DNA of 64,000 bases from Pristiophorus japonicus (lineage: Eukaryota), in contig NC_091990.1 of the NCBI RefSeq assembly GCF_044704955.1, forward strand, positions 177,320,001 through 177,384,000. Direction: 5' to 3'. Positions 51,401 to 63,643 of this stretch are shown piece after piece. Under the pieces are notes generated by a model, which worked only from the letters and a program-made list of their open reading frames with translations, did no database searches and was not told the origin of the DNA. The translations under genes and the position numbers were made by a program. Positions within the stretch are counted from its first letter, which is position 1; every line of letters begins with the position of its first letter.

Positions 51401-51770
51401 TACCTATATAACAGCACGCATCCCTAATTTCTTGTTTGATGCCATCCTCAACCTCACTACTACTATGTGGTGGTCTGTACACTACTCCCACGAGCGTTTT
51501 CTGCCCTTTGGTATTCCGCAGCTCTACCCATACGGATTCCACATCATCCAAGCTAATGTCCTTTCTTACTATTGCGTTAATTCCCTCTTTAATCAGCAAC
51601 GCTACCCCACCTCCTTTTCCTTTCTGTCTATCCTTCCTGAATGTTGAGTTCCCAGCCTTGGTCACCTTGGAACCATGTCTCCGTAATCCCAATTATATCA
51701 TAATCGTTAATAGCTGCCTGCGCAGTTAATTCATCCACCTTATTACGAATACTCCTCGCATTAAGGAACA
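45419..51770 (-). mobile_element. Internally deleted CR1 LINE interrupted by a Gypsy element
   Basis: (gaaacata)n tail, RT at 45507-46830, endonuclease pieces at 46830-46977 and 51414-51770. Confidence 0.85.
46978..51413 (-). mobile_element. Full-length decayed Gypsy LTR retrotransposon
   Basis: LTRs at 46978-47189 and 51202-51413, TSD GCATG/GCACG, PBS TGGTGACGAG. Gag, protease (ELDTGAS), RT, RNase H and integrase fragments in order. Confidence 0.92.
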
Positions 51771-53579
51771 GATAATTTGATTTGTAAGAGTCATGAGTGA
51801 GGTGAGGTCTTGCACTTTTACCAGGAATGTTTTACTCAAAGCCTGCATTCATAGTGTACATTTGGTAAGGAATGATAATTATCATAATAATCATGATTAC
51901 ATCTGTCGGTTATGTCTTGTATCAGTCCCTGTGACAGTACCTGGCAATGATATCATGCAATGATCTCATGCCATGTCGTCCTGTTACCTTTTACAGAAGA
52001 AGCTATCGACCATTGGGTCTGTGCAGAGGTGAACGGTGGGTGGCCACCAGTCACCAGCGACATCACTGACAAGGAGGAGCGGGTGCTCACACTCGTGGGG
52101 AGGCACACGCGGACAGCCACGCAAGCAGCTGTAGACCCTGAAGTGATGCCACATGAATAAAATATACAACATTGTGTGATCTAAATTCAATTGATGCCAC
52201 ACCCACTCATATCTGAACAATAATATGATAGATGGTTTCTAAAATTGTTCTATAAATAATGCTGGCCTAATGAAAATCAGTGCAATGCACAATGTGTTGA
52301 TGGTCATGAAAAGTGATGTCTGTGATGACTTTGACAGCGGTGATGCTTTTGTCGTGCATATGCTGTGTGTAACACTGGAATCACCTTGTGACCCTAGCAC
52401 CCACTTCTCCTCTAATAGCCTCATTTGTGTTTTGCAGCTCAGCCAGCAGCGCAGCCCCAGGCAAGGCCACAGAGCGACATCTGATGCTGAGGAGCTCTGA
52501 TTCTCGCCCGTCAATCCGCTGGGTCTGTTCTCTATGGATGAGAGCGCCGACTTCGAGGAAACTACATCGCCAGGCTCCAGAAGGCATTCCACCCCAAGGC
52601 CATCTAGTGCTCCTCCGACCATTTCTGCCTCCACTCTGGAGGCATCGGGCCCAAGCATCTTGCCACAGGGCACCCCATTTGTCCCCAGGATGGCGCCGAC
52701 CCCGTGGAGGTTTCGTGGATGCGACAAGTCTGGTCCACGAGCGCCAGATGAGAGCAGAGAGATGGTTAGGTTGTCCAGGAGAACTGTAGGCATTGGTGAC
52801 CAGATCCTCAATGCATTGTGGGGCATATCCCGACACCTGGCTACCATCTCTGGCATCATGACTGAGTACGTTCCGTGCATGGCGGAGGCCCTGGAGGCGA
52901 TAGCCAGGAACATTGCTGCCACTGGCCTCCCAGTGATCCTGAAGCGCGCCACTCCACCCCTAGGTTCCGCACCACCAGTGCCAACGACACATGCGAGCAA
53001 GATCCTGCATCTGGATCTGAGAATGTTCCCACCTCGGCACCCCCCGCTCCCGTACCCGTGCAACCACCACCTCTGCCTTCATCGCCCCCAATGAGGCATC
53101 ACCTGAGGAGCTCTTCGGCCAGGTGGCGTGGAGCGAGGAGGTAAAGGGGTAGAGGTGGGGAAAAGAAGGGGAGGGGGGAAGGAAAGTGAGGTGCATGTCC
53201 ACAGGTGATGGTTGTGTTATATCTCCACCTCGGTGTATGCAATTTGTTGTAATGTATGGGGGGGGGAGGGGGCCACCCTCCTGCTTCACATTTGTGTTCG
53301 GAGTTGCTGGACATGTTGACCATTTGATTGATGTCAATGGTCGAAAAAGTGGGGTGGTTGTAGGGTATTTTTGCCCATGATACTTATGATTTTAGACCAA
53401 TGGTCACATAAAATGTTTTTTATTCAACATAATCTAGTTATGCATTGTCTCAGATGGCTGGACCGTTACACACTGGTGATTCCTTAACATGAAAGGGTCA
53501 AATTAAACTTAACATGAATCAACTTAAACTTTAACTGGCACCAAGGTGATGCCCACCATTGATGTCTGAGCTGCACGTT

Positions 53580-54768
53580 CTTTCAGGCAAATCGCTCATT
53601 TATGAGCTCCTGACGTAACAGTCTTGCAGCTATGTAGCCACTACAGGCCCATTCCTGCAGTCTGGAGGGGGTCGTGGGCATGGTTGCACAGTGAGCCTGA
53701 TTGTCTGGCCTGAGGTTAGCAGCCCCTCGTCTTCCTCTTCCTCTCTCTCCTGAGGTGGACCATCAGTCCCTTCTAGTAATTCTTGTCCCCTCCTGATAGC
53801 CAGGTTGTGCAGCATGGAGCACACGACCCCGAATTGAGCTACTTGCTTAGGGTTGTATTGTAGCTCCCCTCCTGAGTGCTCCAGGCATCTAAAGCGCTGC
53901 TTAAGCACAGTAATTTTTTATGGACCACATTGTGTGTGGCTCTGCGGCTCTCATTGTATTGTTTCTCAGTCTCGGTGTGGGTGTCATGCAGGGACTAGGC
54001 CATATCGGTTGTCATGAAGCATCCAGCATTGTCCTTGTGGCTGATGGTTAACCATGTCAGAGACAGTGCTCTTATACAGGATGAGAGCCTCATCGAAGCT
54101 GCCCAGACATTTGGTATTCACTGCCATTATTATCTGGTTGTGGTCGACAACTAATTGGACCTTCAGGGAGTGAAATCCTTTTCTGTATCGGAAAAGCTCC
54201 GGGTCCTGAGAAGGTTCCCACATGACGATGTGAGTACACGGTATTGCTTCTTGCACCTTGGAGAACTTAGCAATGCGGTAGAATGCTCCAGCCTGGTCAG
54301 CCTGAGCCTCCATGGTCATGAGGAAGCTGATAAAGTACTTCCTACGCATGTACAGAGTCTCCGTGGCCTGTCTAATGCAGCGATGTGTGGATGGTGAGAC
54401 AGAGGGGAAATGTTGAGCGCAGAGGCCCGAAAGGAACCGGACGCGTAGAACGACAGTGCTGCGGTGTCCTTGACCTCAATGGACAGTGATGTCCTGAAGG
54501 TGATGGCAGGCTGCAGATCTGCCCTGATGAGCTGGCATATTTTAGTGATCACCACTTTGTGGAAGCACAGTCTCCAAAGGCAGGTGTTCTCGGACATTTC
54601 GAGGCAAGACCTCGTCTCCCTGTAAGTGCGGGGTGTGTATCGTCTGGACTTGCTCCTCATTCTGGCACGTCTTAGATTGGGCGCATGATGGTGTGCATTA
54701 GATGTGCCAATTGCACTCTGCAGCATCTGCGTATTAATCGATGCAGGCTGAGAAATGGCTGGCCCCAT
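53580..54768 (-). pseudogene. Harbinger (HARBI1-like) DDE transposase, frameshifted
   Basis: YTPRTYR, ALSFYASGSF, RKGFHSLKVQLVVD, LKQRFRCL..SGGELQY, CSMLHNLA. Confidence 0.85.
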
Positions 54769-55861
54769 TCCAATGAAAGTATAACACCGATTGATCAGAG
54801 TCAATAATTTCAACACTAAGAGTAAAACCCAATCATCCACAGTCTGAAAAGATGTCTCTTGAGATGGTCACTTCACCTGAGAAGAATTCCAGAATCAATC
54901 CAAACTCCCCCGAAGTTGAAGCAGCCTTTTCAATGAAGCAACCTGCTTGATTTGAAAAATGGCGCCCACACCGCTGTGATTAGTTCAGAACAGTTACACT
55001 TTTTCTGAGCGGTGTTTTGGGCGAGCGATATTGTGGGCGAGATGTTTGCAAGGTGGTGAAAGTGACGCTGGGCGATATACTGGGCCTTAGTTTCGGCAAA
55101 TTTGATCTTTACGGCAAAAAAAAGTGGGCGGGCGGTATTATTGAATCTTGGCGTTAATTACATGCCGAAAGTAATGCTGGGTGATAAGTGTCCGAAAAAT
55201 GGGCGTCAGTTTCCATTTTGTGGCTAAATGGGCGATATCTTGGCATTACACCACTTTCAGCGTTAAAATGGAGATTAAGTGGGCATTCTGCATGCAAAAA
55301 TAATGGAAAATCTAGCCCCATGACACTGAAGTCGTTCTACACAGGATGTTAGGATCATAAATGGAAAGAGTTGTGGCAGAAGGGGTAGTCACGTTGATAA
55401 GAGGTAGTAGTAATAGTGACAGCAGGGCACAATGAAAGGACAGTATGGTAGTACACATGTACTTTGCTGCCAATTTTGTGTTTTTGTGTATATCTTTCCA
55501 GGAATGCCTCCTTTGTCATCCCTACTACATGGTGTTCAATGTTTGCAATTGTCCTCTTCCACAGATGATATCAGAAGTATTACAGATTAGCTGAACGGTT
55601 GTCTGAGAGCAAGGCAAGGGACCGTGAAGAGTTTCATTGGGTCATGCAGATGGAGGGCATCCTTTGCCTGGGGGCATGTGCTGCTGGCCAACCCATTCCT
55701 TGCTCCCTTCCTGCCCTCCTTCCCTGAACTTAATCACACACTTGTGCCTTTATGCTTTCAGATGATGAGCCAGCACAGCAGCAGCCTGTCCCTCAGCTTC
55801 CCACCGAGAGCATCCAGGGAAATGAGGACGAAGGACAGGAGACCCCAGCTCAGACACAGTC

Positions 55862-57450
55862 ACATAAGAACATAAGAAATAGCAACAGGGGTAGGCCATA
55901 CAGCCCTTCTAGCCTGCTCCGCCATTCAATAAGATCATGGCTGATCTGATCATGGACTTCTTCCAACCACATTTCTGCAATGGCCATCAGATCATACCCA
56001 TTTTTATCTGTTTGTGCCGTCAACTCATTTATTTTGTTACGAATGCTACGTGCATTTAGACAAAGTCCATTTACATTTTTTTTTACCCTTTTTTCCTGCT
56101 TGTTTCCTCTCTCCTTCAAACTCACTTTCTTCATTTTTGCTTTCTAATTCCAGCTTTACACCCCTCTCTACTGAATCTATTTTCAGGTTCCCATTCCCCT
56201 GCCAAGCTGGTTTAAACCCTCCCCAACAGCAAAGCAACACCCCCCTCCCCCCCCCACCCCCGCGAGGATATTGGTCCCGGCTCTGTTGAGGTGCAAACAG
56301 TCCGGCTTGTACAGGTCCCACCTCCCCCAGAAGCGGTCCCAATGCCTCAGAAACTAAAACCCTCCCGCCTGCACCATCTCTCCAGCCACGTATTCATCTG
56401 CTCTATCCTCCTATTTCTGTACGCACTAGCTCGTGGCATCAGGAGCAATCCGGAGATTACTACCTTTGAGATCCTGTTTTTTATCTCTCTCCTAGCTCCC
56501 TAAACTCTGCCTGCAGGACCTCACCCCTCTTTCTACCTATGTCATTGGTCTCGATATGAACCATGACCTCTGGCTGTTCACCCTCTCCCCCCAGAATGCC
56601 CTGCAGCCGCTCGGTGACATCCTTGACTCTGGCACCAGGGAGGCAACATACCATCCTGGAGTCACATCAGCGGTACAGAAACGCCTGTCTGCTCCCCTGA
56701 CTATTGAGTCCCCTGCCACTATAGCTCTTCCATTCTTCTTCCTTCCTCCTGTGCCACTGAGCCTCTCGTGGTGCCATGGATTTGGCTTGAACTGCACTCC
56801 CCAGAACCACCATTGCCCTCACCGGTACTCAGAACAGAGTACCGGTTGGAGAGCGAGTTGGACTCAGGGGATTCATGCACTACCTGCCTAGTCCTCCTCT
56901 TCTGTCCAGCGGTCACACAGTCCCTGCACACTCTTAAGCTGTGGGGTGAAAACCTCTAGAAATGTGCTATCCACATTGCTCTCAGTATCACGGATGCACC
57001 GCAGTGACTCCAGCCGCCGCTCAAGCTCCAAAATGCGGAGCTTAAGTTGGTGCAGCTGGAGACACCTCCTGCACACGTGGTCATCCCAGCTGCATGAAGC
57101 ATCCAGGATTTCCCACATGCCATAGGATATAGAATCCACAGAACTGAGCTGCCCTGCCATCCCTCTCGTTACACTCGGATCTATCAAGTAGAACTAAACT
57201 CTCAACTTTTGCAATACACACCCAGCAACTACTCGGCAATCGGCCAATTTAACTAACCTTTATTTAAAAACTAAGTGCAAACTTAACAGAGAAAAAAAAC
57301 ACTCACCAATCAGCTACTTCCCTTGTACCAACGTCACTTTTAAACGTTGACGTTCCTTTCGAATGTTATCTGTTGAGACTTGACTTTTTAAGCCTCTGCC
57401 TCAGCTACCACTGCTGCTCCCACGCTGGGCCGCTGCCTCCAATACTTACC
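55862..57450 (-). mobile_element. CR1 with 3' tail joined directly to ORF1/5' region (large internal deletion)
   Basis: Tail at 55862-55955, then LNARSIRNK (endonuclease start) and ORF1 motifs (VAGDSIVRG, VCRRCLQL). Confidence 0.8.
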
Positions 57451-58548
57451 AGATATTCCAACTCTTTCCAAATTCCGGAATAAACCACTCTGTTTAACTC
57501 CACTCTCTGTGCAGGGATTTTATTGAATGCTTTTTAGGAGTCCATATAAATAACATAGATAGACTTTCCACGGTCCACTACTTTAGTCACCTCTTCAAAA
57601 AATTCAAACAGTTTCATCAGGCATGACCTTTACAAATCTCTGCTGGCTCCCGCTGATCATCTGAAAATGTTCAAGATGTTCAGTCACTCTATCCTTAATT
57701 ATAGACTCTAGTAATTTCCTGACAACAGATGTTAGGCTAACTGGTCTACAAGTCCCTGATTTGCATTGCTCACCTTCCTTAAATAGATGAGCAAAGTGTG
57801 CAACTTTCCAATCTAAAGGGACGGTTCCTGAATTGAGAAGATTACAGTTAGGGCACCTGTAATGTACTCACCTACTTCCTGTTAAACCCTGGGATGGAAA
57901 ACATCTGGTCCTGGGGAATTGTCGCTCTTAAATGCCATTATTTTCTTCATTACTGTTATTTTGCTTACGTTAATTTTGGTGAGTTCCTGTCCTTGATCCA
58001 ATATTAGTTTCCAGGATGTCTGGCATGCTATCCTCTTTCTCCACTGTAAAAACTGATACAAAGTAATTATTCAATAAGAACTCGTTGAATGGCGGTGCAG
58101 GCTCGAAGATCCGAATGTCCTACTCCTGCACTTCTTTTCTATGTTTCTATGTTTCCGCTATTTCCTTATTTTCATTTACAATAACCGTTATCAGTTTTCC
58201 AGTGGCCCACATTGCTCCTGACCATCCCCTTTTTCCCAATATAATTTTTTGTGTTGATTTTGATATCCCTTGCGAGTTTCTTTTCATACTCCTTTTTTGT
58301 AGCTCTTACTATTGCTGCCCCAACCGAGGTCAGTTAACTTTGTAAAGACTGCATTCTTCATGATGTGTATGGCTCAGTCACTGACTGTTCAGCTCATTGA
58401 GTCATCAGGGGAGCCAGAAGCTCTGCAACACAATGTTGCCTTTTATAGATAGCAAACAAATATTATTGCTTATAGCAGCAAATTCCCCTTACTGTGAACA
58501 TAACACCAAATTATATAACATATCAGTAAATGATTTTGTCTTTCTTAC

Positions 58549-58887
58549 CTGATACTTGCATTACTGAACTCTTTTCTTCTTTATGGGGAGTAACAAAAAC
58601 AATGCAGGTGTATTTTCCTTCTTCGCTAAGTTGTACATTTGGAAGGTAAAGTGAAGCATTTCCGTTCCGTAAGGCGTCGTCAAAAATCTTTGCTCCTTTT
58701 CTCCTTGGGAGATGTTCCCCTCCGTTAAATAAATACACTTCTGTCTGGTTTGCTTGCGATTCAAAAAGCCATCGAACAGCTACGCGTGCAAGGTCAAGTT
58801 GTGGATTACTGTATTTGCAGTTTAGAAGGGCATCTTTATTAACTGAAACTTCCAGCGGAGAGGGAAATATCTCCAATTCAAAAGTGC
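58549..58887 (-). CDS. IgV exon (copy A, intact) of an NCR3LG1/B7-H6-like B7-family gene
   Basis: 339 nt, phase 1-1, ttttaaag acceptor and GTAAGA donor. Translates to TFELEIFPSPLEVSVNKDALLNCKYS...VRWLF...GNASLYLPNVQLSEEGKYTCIVFVTPHKEEKSSVMQVS, with V-set C-W-C. The GNASL.LP.VQL.E.G.Y.C.V.VTP block resembles B7-H6 as recalled. Confidence 0.88.
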
Positions 58888-59044
58888 CTTTAAAATAATT
58901 AAAACATTAATATGCATAAAAGTACCTTAACATAACAATAGATGGAAACTTTTAGCTGTTATTCAAACACCAAAAAAAAATTGAAAACTGATTGCTACAA
59001 ACCATCCATTCTGTAACAAGTTCCCTTAAATTGTTGCGCATATT

Positions 59045-60902
59045 TAGAAACATAGAATAGGTGTAGGAGTAGGCCATTCGGCCTTTCGAGCCTGCACTAC
59101 CATTCAATAAGATCATGGTTGATCATTCCCTCAGTACCCCTTTCCTGCTTTCTCCCCATAGCCCTTGATCCCCCTAGCCGTAAGGGCCATATCTAACTCC
59201 ATCATGAATATTTCCAATGAACTGCCATCAACAACTCTCTGCGGCAGGGAATCCCACAGGTCAACAACTCTCTGAGAGAAGAAGTTTCTCCTCATCTCAG
59301 TCCAAAATGGCCTACCCGTTATCCTAAGATTGTGTCCACTGGTTCTGGACTTCCCCAACATCAGGAACATTCTTTCCGCATCTAACCTGTCCAGTCCCGT
59401 CAGAATCTTATGTTTCTATGAGAACCCCTCTCATCCTTCTAAACTCCTGTGAATACAGGCCCAGTCGATCCAGTCTCTCCTCATATGTCGGTCCTGCCAT
59501 CCCGGGAATCAGTCTGGTGAACCTTCGCTGCACTCCCTCAATAGCAAGAACGTCCTTTCTCAGATTAGGAGACCAAAACTGAACACAATATTCCAGGTGA
59601 GGCCTCACCAAGAACCTGTACAACTGCAGTAAGACCTCCTTGTTCCTATACTCAAATCCCCTAGCTATGAAGGCCAACATACCATTTGCCTTCTTCACTG
59701 CCTGCTGTATCTGCATGCCAACTTTCAATGACTGATGTACCATGACACCCAGGTCTCATTGCACCTCCCCTTTTCCTAATCTGCCGCCATTCAGATAATA
59801 TTCTGCCTTCGTGTTTTTGCCCCCAAAGTGGATAACCTCACATTTATCCACATTATACTGCATCTGCCATGCATTTTCCCACTCACCTAACCTGTCCAAG
59901 TTACCCTGCAGCCTCTTAGCGTCCTCCTCACAGCTCACACTGTCACCCAGTTTAGTGTTACCTGCAAACTTGGAGATATTACACTCAATTCCTTCATCCA
60001 AATCATTAATGTATATTGTAAAGAGCTGGGGTCCCAGCACTGAGCCCTGCGGCACTCCACTAGTCACTGTCCGCCATTCTGAAAAGGACCCGTTTATCCC
60101 GACTCTCTGCTTCCTGTCTGCCAACCAGTTCTCTATCCACATCAGTATATTACCCCCAATACCATGTGCTTTGATTTTACACACCAATCTCTTGTGTGGG
60201 ACCTTGTCAAAAGCCTTTTGAAAGTCCAAATACACCACAGCCACTGGTTCTCTCTTGTCCAATCTACTAGTTACATCCTCAAAAAATTCCAGAAGATTTG
60301 TCAAGCATGATTTCCCTTTCATAAATCCATGCTGAATTGGACCGATCTTGTCACTGCTTTCCAAATGCACTGCTATTTCATCTTTAATAATTGATTCCAA
60401 CATTTTCCCCACTACTGATGTCAGGATAACTGGTCGAAAATTACCCACTTTCTCTCTCCCTCCCTTTTTAAAAAGTGGTGTTACATTAGCTAACCTCCAG
60501 TCCATAGGAACTGATCCAGAGTCGATAGACTGTTGGAAAATGATCACCAATGCATCCATTATTTCTAGGGCCACTTCCTTAAGTACTCTGGGATGCAGAC
60601 TATCAGGCCCCAGCGATTTATCGGCCTTCAATCCCATCAATTTCCCTAACACAATTTCCCTCCTAATAAAGATATCCTTCAGTTCCTCCTTCTCACTAGA
60701 CCCTTGGTCCCCTAGTACTTCCAGAAGGTTATTTGTGTTTTCCTTCGTGAAGACAGATCCAAAGTATTTGTTCAATTGGTCTGCCATTTCTTTGTTCCCA
60801 ATTATAAATTCATCTGAATCTGACTGCAGGGGACCTACGTTTGTCTTCACTAATCTTTTTCTCTTCACATATCTATAAAAGCTTTTGCAGTCAGTTTTTA
60901 TG
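59045..60902 (-). mobile_element. 5'-truncated CR1 LINE, specific to unit A
   Basis: RT ORF 59756-60868 and CR1 tail. Absent at the paralogous site near 32612. Confidence 0.92.
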
Positions 60903-63328
60903 TAGTGACATTTTTATTATTATGTGAAAAAATTTCTGTCTTGGGAATATCAGTTTTATCGTTTCCGAAACTTTTCATAAAATAAAATATGTAAAATATT
61001 TTTGCTTTTGATTTTCTCGTACTGCCCTATCATGTTCCAAGTTCTATATTTCCCCAGGCAGAACATTGTAATACCACAGTTCAAAAATTTCATCAGAAAA
61101 TGTCAATTAAGGTTCACACTGACTACAGTTATACCATCAACAAAGCAAACCAAAAACATGATTGTGGCATTCCAATCTAATTTGTATCAATACTGCTACA
61201 AACTAATATATTTGCACTGTCCTGTTGGCAGCAACACTTCTGATCTTCTCAAGAAAACACACCATGCATCTCAATTATTTTTGTCAGCATCACAACTTTG
61301 GTCAAGTGAAAATTTATCAATTCCAATTTGTAAATAACTTTATAGAATGTCAGATCTTTTTAGTCTGTATTCTATTATATCAGCTGACAAATGACAGTAA
61401 AGTACAACTACTTGTAATGATAAATGATTTTTTGTAATGTTCAGAAGCCTTCAAAACCATAATGGACTCCTGAAATAATTCTGAAAGAGTTTAATTTGAA
61501 AATACCATATGGCCTCTACCTGGAACTGGCAAAATAAACTGTCTGGATGGTCATTCTAAAGAGTCAACAACTGCACAATATCTCCCCAGAGTAAGAGATA
61601 GGCAGACACAAGTTGGGTGACTGGAGCACATCCCTCTATTCACTACTAGAATAGCAATCCAGCCCAAAGATGCCGTCGTGTAAAGTAATGTAAACTAATT
61701 TGTATTGAGCACCCAATCAGTGAAGTTCCTGTACAAACAATGAATGCACTCATATTACATTATGTAGGTCCATTTAAAAAGTAATACACACAGGAATGTA
61801 GTGTGAGGATGGTAAGCCTTTAGACTTGAACTTCGGTGAATAGAAGTATCGATATTTACATCTATAAGTACATGTAAGAAAAACCACTAAAACTGCACCA
61901 CTGTATAAATCTGTGTGAAGTATTTTTTTAAATTAAAGCTAAAACATGGACTCGGAATTTGCAATCGGAGATGTACGTCTTTACGTCGTTATCGGGAGGA
62001 CAAAATCTGGGCCATGAGCTTCAAAATAAATTCTGCTGAGGCAAAAGGAGATATTAGGACAGGTGAACAAAAGTTTGGTCAAAAAGGAGGTTACTAAGGA
62101 GAGTATTGAAGAAGAGGGAGTTGGAGAAGCAGAGAGGTTTAGGTAGGGCATTCCAGAGCCTGGGGTCTAAACGGTTAAAGGAAGCCACCAATGGTGGAGC
62201 AAAGGAAGGGGAAGGCTACACAATGGGCCAGCATCAATAGAGCAGAGAGTTTTATGTGTGTGAGGGAAGGGGCCTGGGAGGAGGGGGTGGGCAGTGGGCT
62301 GTTGGTGTTGTATGGCTGCAGCAGGGGAAAGGTCATGAAGGGATTTGAACAAGAGAATGAGCATTTTAAATTGGATATTCTTTCAATTTAGTAAATTGTA
62401 TTCGCTGCTCATGATGTGACTCATCGACATTGGGGAGACCAAAGCAGATTGATCTGATCTCTCCATCCTCGGCCTCCTACACTGTTGCAACGAAGCTCAC
62501 GTAAGCTCGAAGAACAGCACCTCATCTTTCGTTTAGGCACTTTACAGCCTTCTGGACTCAACATCGAGTTCAACAACTTCAGACTATAACCTCTGCCCAT
62601 ATTTGTTTTCTACTTTTTTTCACACTGTTTTTTTTTCCCATGGCAGCTGGTGACGATTCTGCCATTCACACCCTATCTAGTCTTATTTTTTGTTTCTTAA
62701 CTTGTCCCATGACTATTTCCTTTCATCTTGCACTATCATCCCCTTTGTATCTTAATCTCTTCTGCCTGCCACACTATCACAGACCTTCCCTTGTGTTGTT
62801 TCCTCTCCTCCCCCTTTCCTTACACTTTCTCAAAAAACTGTTACATCTCTAACTGTTTCCAGTTCTGATGAAGGGTCACAGACCTGAGATGTTAACTCTG
62901 TTTCTCTCCATGGATGCGTGACCTGCTGAGATTTCCAGCATTTTCTGTTTTTAAAATTGGAGGTGCTGGGGAACCAGGAGCCAATGTATGTCAGCAAGGA
63001 CAGGGGAGATAGAACCGGGACCTGGTGCAGGAAAGTACATGAGCCGCAGAGATTTGGATGAGCTGCAGTTTATGGAGCATGGAGGATGGCCAGGACTTGA
63101 GTCTGGAGGTGACATAGGCAAGGATGAGGGTTTTGGCAGCAGATTGTCTCAGTAGCACAATGTTCTGGAGGTGGAAGTAGGTGGTGATGGAGAATCTAAC
63201 AGCTCATTTATGTTGTCCTGAGGTTCCTTTCACTCCATCCTTAGAGTTAATCGTGCTCCCCATTTTTGTGTCGTCTGCAAATGTTGATAATGTGCCACCT
63301 TTACCCAAATCCAGATTATTTATCATTA

Positions 63329-63643
63329 CAGGAACGACGACTCAAATCCGGCTGATCGAAAATCGGAATTTTTCTAAAACCAGATATTTTTTGAGAAAAT
63401 CCCATTAAATATGCAGCAAAATAAAATTATTGTCCAAAAAACGGCTTCACCGCTAAATGATGTGCGATTGGTCCGAGCCTTGCCGAGCATCACCAAATGA
63501 CCCTCGACCCGGCCCGACCCGACCCGACCCATGCCACCATTAGTACTTTGTCTGGCTCGGTAGCATGCTCTTGATTTCCGGAAAAATCCAAAAATCGGCA
63601 TGGTCTCGGTTCCGAGGCTGCCGGATTTGAAACGTTGTACCTG
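63329..63643. mobile_element. Tc1/mariner-type MITE (paralog of 38585-38927)
   Basis: Same TIRs and flanks, so it predates the duplication. Confidence 0.72.

Larger units (their letters stand above)
45075..53190 (+). pseudogene. Harbinger Myb/SANT-like gene (exons about 45075-45390, 51997-52150, 52438-53190)
   Basis: RKRARRFSDEANAFLLQEVELRW...EIAEVVS...QCRKRWNDL (frameshifted). Acceptors ttttacag and tttgcag. Confidence 0.7.
44636..55318. mobile_element. Complete-boundary PIF/Harbinger DNA transposon with nested CR1 and Gypsy
   Basis: TIRs GGACTGGATTTTAC and GGGCTAGATTTTCC, 3-bp TSD CAT, empty site in unit B at about 11313. Convergent Myb-like and transposase genes. Confidence 0.88.

Noticed and set aside
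10581-58887. Assignment as tapasin, MHC, SIRP, Ig or TCR
   Set aside because: There are no peptide-binding domains, RSS or J segments, and no tapasin TM Lys. The V and C1 motifs fit B7-H6-like best, but orthology needs a phylogeny, so no gene symbol is given.
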